Of a stretch of DNA of 33,115 bases, positions 10,001 through 18,955 are shown in pieces. The notes under the pieces were generated by a model. It was not told the origin of the DNA and ran no database searches. It was given only the letters and a program-made list of their open reading frames with translations. Position 1 is the stretch's first letter; every line of letters begins with the position of its first letter. A program made the translations under genes and the position numbers. Origin of the DNA: an uncultured Clostridia bacterium (GTDB lineage Bacteria > Bacillota > Clostridia > TANB77 > CAG-508); the NCBI GenBank assembly GCA_947628925.1, contig CANRBU010000003.1, positions 1 to 33,115 of the forward strand. The letters are read 5' to 3'.

Positions 10001-13000
10001 TCATCTTGATTTCTTAGTCCTTCTAATACTGTAACTGATTGAGGATAATCGCTTTTTGCTTGTTCTGGCACAATTGCATATTCTCTTACAACTTCTGCAA
10101 AACCTTCGTCAAGTTGCTGTGTTCTAGGAGCGTCTTCATATCCGCCATGTTTTTTTACTGCTTCTAATAATTCAGAAGAAATGCTTTCTTTATCTATATT
10201 TATCCTGTTTCCTAAGTCTAAAGCATGTCCAACTTCATGAAGAACATTGTCCATATCCTTATACTCTTTTACTCTTATAACATCTCTTGTTGGTTTGTAT
10301 AGACCATATGCTCTTTCTCTAAAATGACCTTTCTTTAAGTTTAAGCCTAGATAATCTTCTATAGTTTTTCTAATGTCACTACGACTTGTTACTGGAATAT
10401 CCTCATCCCAATCGCCAGTTTTTTCAAGAAGTTCTATTTGTTGCTCAATAAATCTGTCTGATCCTTCTGCATTTGTCTTAGCGTCATTTTCTACATTGTT
10501 GTTTATATCCTCAGCTCTATAAGATTCTTTTCGTATTTCGTCATTATTGTATAAACTCAATAATGTTTGGTCTATAAAGTCATTAGGTTTTCGTTCGTCA
10601 TATGGTGTGTAAGAAGTATCAGTATTTACTTTTGACTCTTTTTGTGGTATACTTATATTAGAAGTCAAGTTGCCTCTCGTCTTGGACGTTGAACTAGGAG
10701 CATTATTGCTATTGGTTAAAGCAACGGCTTCTTTTTTATTTTTTATTGGCTTTTTCCACATAGTTTTAACGTATAAAGAGTTATTATCTAAATTTGGAAT
10801 AACCTCTACAACATATGAAATATTATCATTGTATTTTTTAATATAACGTATAGTATTTCCTTGTTTATTATCAGAGCCTTTTATAATTTTATCGTAATTG
10901 TTTATTATATCTGGTATCTTTTCTATATCTTTTACTGTAATTGCTATTTGTCCTTTTTTCTTTTCCATTTCAACATTTCCGTGTTGCTTAATAATGTGTC
11001 TTATATCATAATCTGATATAATATGATTTCTGCCAGATATATCAATACCATATAATTGTTTGACTTTATCTACAACATTTTGTGTAGCAATACCTAAAAA
11101 AGTATTTTTTCTTGAGTTTTTACTTATAAGAGCATTTTGTATTCTCTTATGTAATTCTTTTTTTATTTCTTCATTCGTTGTAGTTTGATTAGTTTTGCTT
11201 GTACTTGTCTTTGATTTTTTCATATAACGTATATCATCATTGGATGTTGGTGTTGTATTGTCTACGTTTTTAATTTGATTAGAATCAAAAGGTATAGCTA
11301 CTTGGTGTCCTATTCCTCCATGTTTGCCTCCTGTATCTAAAATACCATCATAACCATTAGCTTTTAATATATCTGTTACCCAGTCTGGTATTACAGTCCA
11401 AGCATGTGTTGTTCCTTCTTTTATATCATCATGTAATTTTTCTATCCATTTTTCAGGCTCTATATTAGATTTATCCCACATATCTGCACTATATTGTTCG
11501 CCAATCTTAGCTGTTTCTGAAGCACGTTCTAATTTTTTTATCATATCTTGTGAAATATTTGAAGTATCAAAAGGATTAGTAATGTTTAAATATACTTCAT
11601 ATACTTTACTATCATGTTTAAAAAGGTCTAAATAGGTTACATTTTCTCCTGTTACATAATCTAACACTTTTTTAAATTCTCCCATTTGCTCAGGAGTATA
11701 GTATCCACTATTTATGAATAAATCTACTAAAGCATTTATCGCGTCATTTCCATTATTTTTTAATAAATATTCGTATTCATTTCCAAAAGAATCTATAGAA
11801 GCATTATCTTTGAATTGCAAATTATAATCTTCATCAAATCCAACATTATAACCTTTTTCTCTTATTAAATTTTTCTTGTCTGTAGCTAACAATTTCCAAT
11901 AACTATCTAAACTCATATTGTTAATTTTAAATAAGTCTTTTTCTGATTCATATTCTCTTGATAAGCTTGTATCTTGCTTATCTACAGAATAATTTGTTGC
12001 AATATCTTGGTTATCTGTAAAAAAAGCCATTGGACCAGAAGTTGCTTTGTTTGGATCAAATACATTTCCAACTCTATCTGCTCTCATTGTTCCATGATAC
12101 ATTGTTTTTAAGTTACCTTTTGTATCTCTAATCTTACTATCTTTGAAAAATACTTGTTGCTGACGTGATAATTTTCTACCCTGGTTATCAACTTCATTTT
12201 GAACTTTAGTTGATTTTTTAGGTATTCTTTCAAAAGGCAAATAATCTTCGCTACTTTCCTGTGTTATAGTTTGATTATTTTGTGTATTATTTTGGTTTTT
12301 TTGCATAGACTTAGTATTATTACTACTATCATTTTTTTGACTAATAGAGTTGACATTTTTATTTTTTCGTGCTATATTAGTAGTAATAGAACTACCATTT
12401 GTTTTGGTAGCAGAGTTGGTGCGTCTAGGTAATTGTAACCTAGCCCCAGCAACTCCAGAGTTGGTGTGTCTAGGTAATTGGAACCTAGCCATATCAACTT
12501 TTTTTATTACTCCCCTATCTATGTCATATAAAATTTTATCATTTTCAAGATTCTTTTTCATGAATTCATCATAATTGTCTTTACCATAAGCACTAGTCAT
12601 TACATTTGTGTTAATTTCTACATCATTTATTTGTCCTTTACCATCTATCTTTATACTTGCTATTATTGTTCTATCTTGATTATCTGCTAAATAAGTTGTT
12701 AGTACAACGCTATCACTCCTTGTATTTGATTCTACAATGTCTAAAGGATTATTTATTGCTTCTGGAAGCTGTTTTATAATGTCTATTCCTAATCCATGAT
12801 AGTTAGCGTTAGTATCTGTTCCATTACTTTCCATTATTGTATGTAAATGTTTTTGTGTCATCGTAATTGGTAAATTAGTTAAGCCTATATCAATAAGTGG
12901 TTGAGGTGTCTTTGATAATAAAGTCAACATATCATTTTTAGAAAATGTACCTTCTATTACAGCGTCTACTTGTCTACTAAAATTTTTGATGTCTTTTTGT

Positions 13001-15651
13001 AAATCACTTTTTCCTTTTGTTTCTATTTCGTTTCCTTCAATGTCAAGTTGTCCTTCTACAGGTCTATTTTCATTAAGTGTCATTTCTTTTATTGCGTCTT
13101 GTACTGCTTGTCCTGATATTTTTCCATCAACTGCTTTTATAGTATTGCTTTGTACTACGTTTCCGTCAGTATCCCATTGTTCCACAACAACATTATCGCC
13201 TTGCTTTGACAACGCAATTGAACCTGTTTCATTTCCGTTTTCGTCATATGTAGTTACATCTGATATATCCCAGTCATAATCGTAAACATCTTCTATTTCA
13301 TCTGCCGTGTATTGTATATTACTATCAAACATGCCTATTGTTTTGTTTATATCTTGTAATGTATAGTCATGATTGCCAGTATGAAATTGACTGTCTTGTG
13401 CTTGCATATTTTCGCTTTGAGATACATTATTATTGCCAGGCATATAATTTGTTACCTCATTATTCAAATTGTCTGTATTTTGATTTACAGGTGTCTGAGT
13501 GGCAATAATATTATTGATTTCTTGTCCTAAATATTGTCTGTTTTTAATCTTATTGCTATCTATACCATAATTGTTTAATATTTGTTTTGTTTCATCAGTA
13601 GAATATAACTTATCTTGCTCAGCAATTTCTTGTATTTGATTTTCATTTGATATAACATTTTTATTATTGCTATTTTCTCTTTGTTTCATTTCAGTACTTG
13701 CTTCATTAAGTATATTTACAATATTGCTTTTAATATTGTATCTTGCCTTGCTTACTTCTTCATTAATACTTTTTACTCGTAAGTCAGATAAATTTTCTAC
13801 TTTTTCATTAAATGCTAGTTTTGCTTCCAATGCATTTTCAAAAGGTGTATCGTCTAATAAAATTCCAGTATCTTTATCAATTACATTAAAATAATCATTT
13901 TGAGTTAATACAACTACTGGAGATACATCTAAATTATTATTTTGATTTGCAAATTCTTCTCCAAATACGCTTGAAACATTTTGAATTTTCCCTTTATCAT
14001 CTGGTGAAAATTTAATATTGTAATATGTCTTTATTCCTTCTTTTTCCAATATATTGTTTTGATTAGCATTAAGTGATAGGTCTTCTTGTTGTACTATTTG
14101 TTCTGCTTGATTTACCCAATAATTTGCTTCTACATCTTTAAAATCGCCTCCACCTATACCTAACATATTCATAATTATTGTTGATAAGGTTGTCATTTTT
14201 GCTGTTTCAGTTTGTTCTTTCCACCACTGCTCAAAACTTGGTAATTCTTTATTATTTACTAGTTTATCTATAATGTAATCTAAATTGTTTTCTGTAAATT
14301 CCTCTATATTTTCGCCTATTATTCCTCGTGTTATATGAGCAATTTGTCTGCCTGCATTACTTTTGAATCTGTCAGCAATAAATTTTGTTACTCTATCTGA
14401 AATAGCTGTTCCAGGTATTTTAGTTTTACTTGTACCTCTTGTTAAAATATCTGTATCAAACATTTCTTCTGTTTTCTTAGAAACATAACCTTTTGCAGTA
14501 CCAGTTATAAAAGCCTGAACAATATTATCTGGGTTTTCATTTAAGACTTCTTGTGCAGCATTTCCACCTACAGAAATACCTTGAGCATTCGTTCCTGACA
14601 TTCCTGTTGCTGTTCCTATTGCCCAATCCGCTAACATATAAGAAATAGTACTAGATATTTCGCCAGAAGCTCTTACAAATTCATTTTCTACATTACTATT
14701 CTTAAATTCTTCATGATGAGCCTTTCCATATATAGTATTACCAGTATCTACAATGTTGTTATATAGATTATCTAAATTTTCGCCAGTTTCATCGAAACCT
14801 AAATATTTTGTTATATCAGCAACAGCTCTTATTCCTAACGCTGCTACAGTAGTCACAACGTTTGCAAATCCTCCAGCAGCAGACATTGCACCACCTTTGA
14901 TATTATTTAAAGTAGTTTCAGCCCATTCATTAAAAGCGTCTACTCCTCCTTTTTTTATATTTTCATTTTTTTGTTCAGCTTCTACTTGAGCTTTAATTTC
15001 AGATTGTTTCGTGGCAGTAAGAGGTTTAGCATTTTTTATTTCTTCCGATGTTGATAATCTCATTTCTGTTTTATTTGCTTTATCTTGTGGTGTTTGTGTT
15101 ACTGTTGGTATAGAGGATTTTTTTAACTCTTGTTCTAACTTTGCTTTTTCTTCTTCTGACATTTCTTTTTGATTACTACTTTTTGTATTATTCAATCCAA
15201 AATTTATTGATGTTTCTAAAGAATCTACACTAGCTTTAACTAAATCATCCATTTGCTCTTTTGTTAAGGTTTGTTTTTTATTTTCTTTGGTTTCTGATTG
15301 TGTAGATGTTTTTTCTATGTTTTGCTCTACTGGTGTACTATCAACATTATTTTGAGTAGTATTCCCTGTTGACAGATATTTTTTAAATTCATTACGTATT
15401 CCATCAAAATCTGTGATAAAGCCATCTTTATCTACCTGTGATGTAATATTGCCAAGGCTACCAAAATCGTCAAAAGTATCGCTATTAAAATCAATATCTG
15501 CTTCATCTACATTAAAATCCATATCTATATCATCAGGATTAGAATAAGAAATATATTTTTTAAATTCTTTTTTTATTCCTTCTGTATTAGTTATAAATCC
15601 GTCTTTATCACGTTTTTCGTCTTCGTCATCTAAAAGATAAAGTTTTGCCAT
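7066..15651 (-). CDS. Large polyvalent (probably virion-ejected) protein: MuF-C-like RNase, ART-PolyVal, PBECR-like RNase, zincin peptidase, LPD38-like C-terminus
   Basis: 2861-aa ORF. MuF-C-like ~12505-12985 (TPQPLIDIGL..LPITM..KHL...HGL...LPEAINNP...SAYGK); ART ~11220-12190 (YHGT...FFT...YLNITNP...GYDG...NQIK); PBECR3-like ~10750-11150 (IRHIIKQHG...GQIAIT..DIEKIPDII...KTMWK); HEVGH at 10225-10239 with EGFAE. Confidence 0.85.
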   Translation of the reverse strand: MAKLYLLDDEDEKRDKDGFITNTEGIKKEFKKYISYSNPDDIDMDFNVDEADIDFNSDTFDDFGSLGNITSQVDKDGFITDFDGIRNEFKKYLSTGNTTQNNVDSTPVEQNIEKTSTQSETKENKKQTLTKEQMDDLVKASVDSLETSINFGLNNTKSSNQKEMSEEEKAKLEQELKKSSIPTVTQTPQDKANKTEMRLSTSEEIKNAKPLTATKQSEIKAQVEAEQKNENIKKGGVDAFNEWAETTLNNIKGGAMSAAGGFANVVTTVAALGIRAVADITKYLGFDETGENLDNLYNNIVDTGNTIYGKAHHEEFKNSNVENEFVRASGEISSTISYMLADWAIGTATGMSGTNAQGISVGGNAAQEVLNENPDNIVQAFITGTAKGYVSKKTEEMFDTDILTRGTSKTKIPGTAISDRVTKFIADRFKSNAGRQIAHITRGIIGENIEEFTENNLDYIIDKLVNNKELPSFEQWWKEQTETAKMTTLSTIIMNMLGIGGGDFKDVEANYWVNQAEQIVQQEDLSLNANQNNILEKEGIKTYYNIKFSPDDKGKIQNVSSVFGEEFANQNNNLDVSPVVVLTQNDYFNVIDKDTGILLDDTPFENALEAKLAFNEKVENLSDLRVKSINEEVSKARYNIKSNIVNILNEASTEMKQRENSNNKNVISNENQIQEIAEQDKLYSTDETKQILNNYGIDSNKIKNRQYLGQEINNIIATQTPVNQNTDNLNNEVTNYMPGNNNVSQSENMQAQDSQFHTGNHDYTLQDINKTIGMFDSNIQYTADEIEDVYDYDWDISDVTTYDENGNETGSIALSKQGDNVVVEQWDTDGNVVQSNTIKAVDGKISGQAVQDAIKEMTLNENRPVEGQLDIEGNEIETKGKSDLQKDIKNFSRQVDAVIEGTFSKNDMLTLLSKTPQPLIDIGLTNLPITMTQKHLHTIMESNGTDTNANYHGLGIDIIKQLPEAINNPLDIVESNTRSDSVVLTTYLADNQDRTIIASIKIDGKGQINDVEINTNVMTSAYGKDNYDEFMKKNLENDKILYDIDRGVIKKVDMARFQLPRHTNSGVAGARLQLPRRTNSATKTNGSSITTNIARKNKNVNSISQKNDSSNNTKSMQKNQNNTQNNQTITQESSEDYLPFERIPKKSTKVQNEVDNQGRKLSRQQQVFFKDSKIRDTKGNLKTMYHGTMRADRVGNVFDPNKATSGPMAFFTDNQDIATNYSVDKQDTSLSREYESEKDLFKINNMSLDSYWKLLATDKKNLIREKGYNVGFDEDYNLQFKDNASIDSFGNEYEYLLKNNGNDAINALVDLFINSGYYTPEQMGEFKKVLDYVTGENVTYLDLFKHDSKVYEVYLNITNPFDTSNISQDMIKKLERASETAKIGEQYSADMWDKSNIEPEKWIEKLHDDIKEGTTHAWTVIPDWVTDILKANGYDGILDTGGKHGGIGHQVAIPFDSNQIKNVDNTTPTSNDDIRYMKKSKTSTSKTNQTTTNEEIKKELHKRIQNALISKNSRKNTFLGIATQNVVDKVKQLYGIDISGRNHIISDYDIRHIIKQHGNVEMEKKKGQIAITVKDIEKIPDIINNYDKIIKGSDNKQGNTIRYIKKYNDNISYVVEVIPNLDNNSLYVKTMWKKPIKNKKEAVALTNSNNAPSSTSKTRGNLTSNISIPQKESKVNTDTSYTPYDERKPNDFIDQTLLSLYNNDEIRKESYRAEDINNNVENDAKTNAEGSDRFIEQQIELLEKTGDWDEDIPVTSRSDIRKTIEDYLGLNLKKGHFRERAYGLYKPTRDVIRVKEYKDMDNVLHEVGHALDLGNRINIDKESISSELLEAVKKHGGYEDAPRTQQLDEGFAEVVREYAIVPEQAKSDYPQSVTVLEGLRNQDDDFNNFISTVQEQIYNYIHQTPRNRQLGNQSIGTEKVSLSKDGVKEYLVKHIWDKDYALKVVNEEFAKAQGKKASEIEASKNIYYMTRLLNGADSKAISMLTDGYIDLNGEYLFPGLNQLGEILGNDEERWNDLRAYLVAQRDLEYKAKRLKTGLRTRDSKAVIEQFSSDAEIQEAADLVHATLDGVLQYAVNNRLITQELADNLRKSNAMYVPMQRNLEDNLSSQQARKKGIKSIFNKRTGSELDIKDVLENVLDNSVKMIKQVETNNVLKSIYKSGEEAGLTGAVYDKIEAPMKKIGKQSLEMWKNELERQSIDTSKLDLDKNMEIFAPNTNVNYKELITSFIDDNGKRVYLQFYDSDVFTSLMGADQNTASTLLKITSFLNKPLRFGATTGQIGFAIPNMISDTMQAAVYSEANFIPFVDTAIGVIDVLAARNSTMQKLLKAVAPNYLEGKAELYKLYQQSGATSSKRMSQYRKSIQEQMGEVYGIKGSTLGVERKFRPLKGLMDMLSYIPELSEEATRFKVFEKNYDYYNQKGETETNARILAALQSRDATQDFSRMGTLTSEINKVIPFSAARVGSSYTFAEKIKNNPQRVGAKLGLLITLGMMIKAIGADDDEINELNQRKKDDNFVFRVGDTIITLKKPQGILRSMINLSDYIIDLASGNIDEGKEGERLEEWLKNAIMDNMPADSITGAVPSAVLPWIENAVNKDFYYNTDIVKSYDLELPNSEQYYDYNSQLAIWLGKVLNYPPAKIDNLINGYFAGLGTDFTRLIDSGLSALGVIPEKPDMGAEQDPIGKRFVVNVNSNSQSVDDIYNLKTELKQKENGGTITEKESAQLDKITQAIKQLSSINKEIKAIKADENLSGKEKADKIRILQSEKTDTARVALGKKVINENNSSKIETRKFYPSSSTLKQNGLTLEMTTAMQEEYGNIASQMYMKYKNQGLYAQDKLESKVKDYAKKYMLQKYKSQLKKVS
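10625..10653 (+). promoter_or_regulatory. Antisense sigma-A promoter inside polyvalent gene (after PBECR domain)
   Basis: TTTACT-N17-TATACT with extended -10 TG. Confidence 0.55.
10660..10737 (+). ncRNA. Candidate ~78-nt structured antisense small RNA
   Basis: 5' AGAAGTC..GTTGC pairs with 3' GCAAC-GGCTTCT, followed by a T-run; starts 7 nt after the -10 box. Confidence 0.45.
12350..12378 (+). promoter_or_regulatory. Antisense sigma-A promoter inside polyvalent gene (after MuF-C domain)
   Basis: TTGACA-N17-TATATT with extended -10 TG. Confidence 0.65.
12385..12505 (+). ncRNA. Candidate ~120-nt antisense small RNA with two repeated hairpins and a terminator
   Basis: 35-nt direct repeat (12411-12445, 12456-12490; 2 mismatches), each with a CTAGGT/ACCTAG stem inside a GAGTTG/CAACT outer stem; ends in T7. 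Confidence 0.5.
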
Positions 15652-15664
15652 TATATCTTCCTCC

Positions 15665-17140
15665 TTATTGAATATAAGATGATAAATCTACACCTATGCT
15701 TTTACCCCAATTAAGTACAATATTAGGATTTACTCCAGCAGTCATCTGTAAAGTGTATATTTTTCCATTTTTTACAACTTTTATTAATCCATCTTTTATT
15801 GAGATACTATTTGAAGTACTGTTTTTATTTGAACTATTTGAGCTACTTGAATTATTAGATGATGTTGAAGTGCTATATTTATTTTTCATTTGATACTCAT
15901 ATTCTGTAAGTTCTTTACTTCTTTGAGTTTGTAAATCACTTTCATATTTTGCAAGTTCTTTGCTTTTTTGTGTATTTAAAGCACTTTCATATTCAGCTAT
16001 TGCTTTGCTACGTTGTATATTCAAATTGCTTTCAAACTCTGCTAACCTTCTATTGTTTTCATAATCTAATTCACTCTTTAATCTTGCTAAGGCTTCTTCA
16101 TTAGCTCTTTGAATTTCAAGTTGTTCTCTCATTTTCTTTAGTTCAAACTCCTGCTGTTCCTTAGCCATACGTGCTTCTCCTGATAGAGTTCCTACAGCTA
16201 CACCTAATACTTGACTTGCTTCATTATCAACATATCCTAGCTCATCTACTCTTTTCCAAGCATTTTCTAGTGCTTTTTGTTGCTTTTCAAACTCGAACTT
16301 TTTATTTTCAAATTCTCTGTCCTTTGCGTCTTTCCAATAAGTAAATTGTTGAGTATCATAATCCATAACTAGTTGAGCTGTTGTTGCTAATTGATTTAAG
16401 TATTCCATATATCTGTCATGTGCTTTTTCTTCATATTGTGGTATAAGCTCAGATACAATTCTAGCAACTCTTTCTGCTGTTGCTGTACTATTTAAAACAC
16501 CACTTCCAGCTAAGCTTTGCAATGTGCTATTAGCTGCATATTCTGTTGCCATCTGTAATGCTGAATCCTGTGTAGGATCATATTCAAAACCTGAATTAAG
16601 TCTTTCTATCATTTGAGCTATTAAAGAGTTTATTGTATCAGCATATGCACTTTGATACTGACCTTCTACTGAATTAAGATTTGATGTTGTTGGTGTAACA
16701 ATAGTTGTATTGAAAGATGTTTTCTTTACGCCACTTGGATTGCCGTTACTTGGATTTGTTCCGTAATTGCTTTGATAACTTGAATATATATCGTTAAAAT
16801 CAACAACATTATTATTTTGTGTTCCTTGATACTGTTGTGGACTTGGAGCATTATTGCTTTGGTTAGTATTTTGTTGTGGTTCATTTGAAATAGTTGCAAT
16901 ATTATTATTTTGCCCTACATTTTGTTGTGGTGTTGAGGGAGCTACTTGAGGTTGTATTTGTATAGGTATTGTAATAGGACTTATATTTTGATTATTGCCT
17001 TGTGTAGGTTGTACTCCCTGGGTAGTATTAGCATTTGGTGTGACAGGTTGTTGATTTTGTACTTGTGCTGCATTTTGTGTAGGATTATTACTTACTTGTA
17101 TTGGTTGCCTTCCAGCTACATTTAAAAATGTATTTGGCAT
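15665..17140 (-). CDS. Putative DNA-ejection/internal virion protein
   Basis: Q/N/P-rich disordered N-terminus, long coiled coil with 15-aa repeats; lies between nozzle and polyvalent gene. Confidence 0.6.
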   Translation of the reverse strand: MPNTFLNVAGRQPIQVSNNPTQNAAQVQNQQPVTPNANTTQGVQPTQGNNQNISPITIPIQIQPQVAPSTPQQNVGQNNNIATISNEPQQNTNQSNNAPSPQQYQGTQNNNVVDFNDIYSSYQSNYGTNPSNGNPSGVKKTSFNTTIVTPTTSNLNSVEGQYQSAYADTINSLIAQMIERLNSGFEYDPTQDSALQMATEYAANSTLQSLAGSGVLNSTATAERVARIVSELIPQYEEKAHDRYMEYLNQLATTAQLVMDYDTQQFTYWKDAKDREFENKKFEFEKQQKALENAWKRVDELGYVDNEASQVLGVAVGTLSGEARMAKEQQEFELKKMREQLEIQRANEEALARLKSELDYENNRRLAEFESNLNIQRSKAIAEYESALNTQKSKELAKYESDLQTQRSKELTEYEYQMKNKYSTSTSSNNSSSSNSSNKNSTSNSISIKDGLIKVVKNGKIYTLQMTAGVNPNIVLNWGKSIGVDLSSYIQ

Positions 17141-17153
17141 GTTTTTTCCCTCC

Positions 17154-17387
17154 TTATTTGTTGTATATTTGGTTCAATTTATTTTGCCAGTTATATATAG
17201 TGGCTTCTGGTGTTGAGTATGTGGTAAATGTGATACTTCCTATATTCGTATTTAAAATACTTTTCCAGTGGTCTAATGTTTGTTCTATAGTAGGATATAA
17301 AGGATAGTTGCCTTTGTTACTTACATTAAGCTGTCTTGCCCATTCTTTTAAAGTTGCAGAATTATCGTCGTATTGTCTAAAATACAT
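17154..17387 (-). CDS. Small phage protein with three T-L/I-x-x-W-x-x-x-L-N repeats
   Basis: 77 aa, AGGAG RBS, in the tail operon. Confidence 0.7.
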   Translation of the reverse strand: MYFRQYDDNSATLKEWARQLNVSNKGNYPLYPTIEQTLDHWKSILNTNIGSITFTTYSTPEATIYNWQNKLNQIYNK

Positions 17388-17401
17388 TATTCTACATCTC
17401 C

Positions 17402-18955
17402 TTATCTTGGATTTGTTCTATCAACTCTTTCCATACCATAGATTACAAAATTGCCTTTTCCTGAAATTTCAAAGGTATAACTAAATACATTTTGAATATC
17501 ATAAGGAAGTTTGATACAATGAGTTATGTTTTTTCCTGTTGGTAGTACATTTTTGTGTTCGTATGTTTTACCACTATTCGTTGTTATAACTAAATCAACC
17601 TGTCCATTATCTGCTAAATCATAATTGAACCACACTTCTGAAATAGATTTTTTCTTACTTAAAACTCCATTTTTAAACTCTTTTGTTTTTAAATAGAATG
17701 GTATTGGTTCTTTATGAACTATATCCTCACTATTTGTAAATTCGTCTTCTCCATATGTTTTGATATAATTGTTCCCGTCCTTCCTTCCACCTGTTAGTTC
17801 ATATATCGTTCCATTTGCTGTTAAAGCATAAATAGGATTTGGAGTTTGACTAAAGTTCAAGTCATTATATGCGTCACATATAGTTATGTATTTTAATTCA
17901 TCTTTTACATTGTCAGGTTGCAATTCTTTTGTCCATTTTCTTAGTCTTTGGTCAAAAACAAGAAAAAATGAATAATCAGGAAACCAAAAATATATTTTAT
18001 TTTCACTACCTGCTACACTTACATTTTTAGCTTCATTAATTGTTATTCCATCAATGTAACCTTTTACTCCACCTGTCATACCATTATTTGAATTTGGCTC
18101 TTGAATACCTCTTATTGTACTTCCGTCATATTCGTATATATTACGCCCATATAGCCAATATAAAAACGAGTTGTGTACTTTTATTGTTGCCTGATCATAA
18201 CAGCCTATATTGTTATCTAATGAAACACATGTATATGTATCTGAATTCCCTGCAATTACATTACTTCCATAATACAAGTGCATATTCTCTTCACTGAATA
18301 CAATCAATTTATCATCGAAACTTACAAGCCCTGTTATTTGATGGCAGTTTGGTACTCTATCTATTCTTGAATTTTCTGTACTAGTCCAGTCCATAGGATT
18401 TTGTAAGCCTGAGAAATACAACATATTTCCTTTACTTCCAATCATCCTATTTTTGTGATAACACATATGTTCAAAAACTATGTCATTAGAATCGTCATCT
18501 TTTGGCAATGTCAAATATTCTGGTACATTTACTGGAGATAACGGCAACTTATGTCGTGTTGGTTTAACACCTTCTCCATATAAAACAAGATATTCACTAT
18601 TTCCATCGGCATAGTAGACATGATTAAATTTGTTTCCTGTTATATCTTCTGATATTACTGTTCCTGTCATGTCTTTTAATTGTGTTCCTTGTATATAAAA
18701 TAAATAGTGTGTACCTGCTACACCAAAATATTTTATTTGTTCTCCTTTTAAGCCAGGGTTTCTAACCATTGTTCGTCCTATTCTTGTCCTAATTGCTGGG
18801 TAATTATCAAGACACATGTTATACATATCTTGAACTTCATCGTCTTGTATATTCTGTGGAGGATATATATTGCTAATACCACCAGCCAAGTAATTTATTT
18901 GATTGTTACTTTTTACTTGAATATTATTCAAATATGGATTTTGTTGCAATATCAA
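17402..18955 (-). CDS. Tail nozzle/stabilisation protein (P22 gp10/T7 gp12-like)
   Basis: 517-aa beta-rich protein (LYFS...NPMDW, ITGL...LIVF, IGC) following the adaptor; typical podovirus order. Confidence 0.7.
   Translation of the reverse strand: MILQQNPYLNNIQVKSNNQINYLAGGISNIYPPQNIQDDEVQDMYNMCLDNYPAIRTRIGRTMVRNPGLKGEQIKYFGVAGTHYLFYIQGTQLKDMTGTVISEDITGNKFNHVYYADGNSEYLVLYGEGVKPTRHKLPLSPVNVPEYLTLPKDDDSNDIVFEHMCYHKNRMIGSKGNMLYFSGLQNPMDWTSTENSRIDRVPNCHQITGLVSFDDKLIVFSEENMHLYYGSNVIAGNSDTYTCVSLDNNIGCYDQATIKVHNSFLYWLYGRNIYEYDGSTIRGIQEPNSNNGMTGGVKGYIDGITINEAKNVSVAGSENKIYFWFPDYSFFLVFDQRLRKWTKELQPDNVKDELKYITICDAYNDLNFSQTPNPIYALTANGTIYELTGGRKDGNNYIKTYGEDEFTNSEDIVHKEPIPFYLKTKEFKNGVLSKKKSISEVWFNYDLADNGQVDLVITTNSGKTYEHKNVLPTGKNITHCIKLPYDIQNVFSYTFEISGKGNFVIYGMERVDRTNPR

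Noticed and set aside
7066-15651. Tape-measure protein call for the longest ORF
   Set aside because: No tail tube, sheath or tail chaperone genes, and the enzymatic domain content fits a polyvalent/ejection protein of a short-tailed phage.
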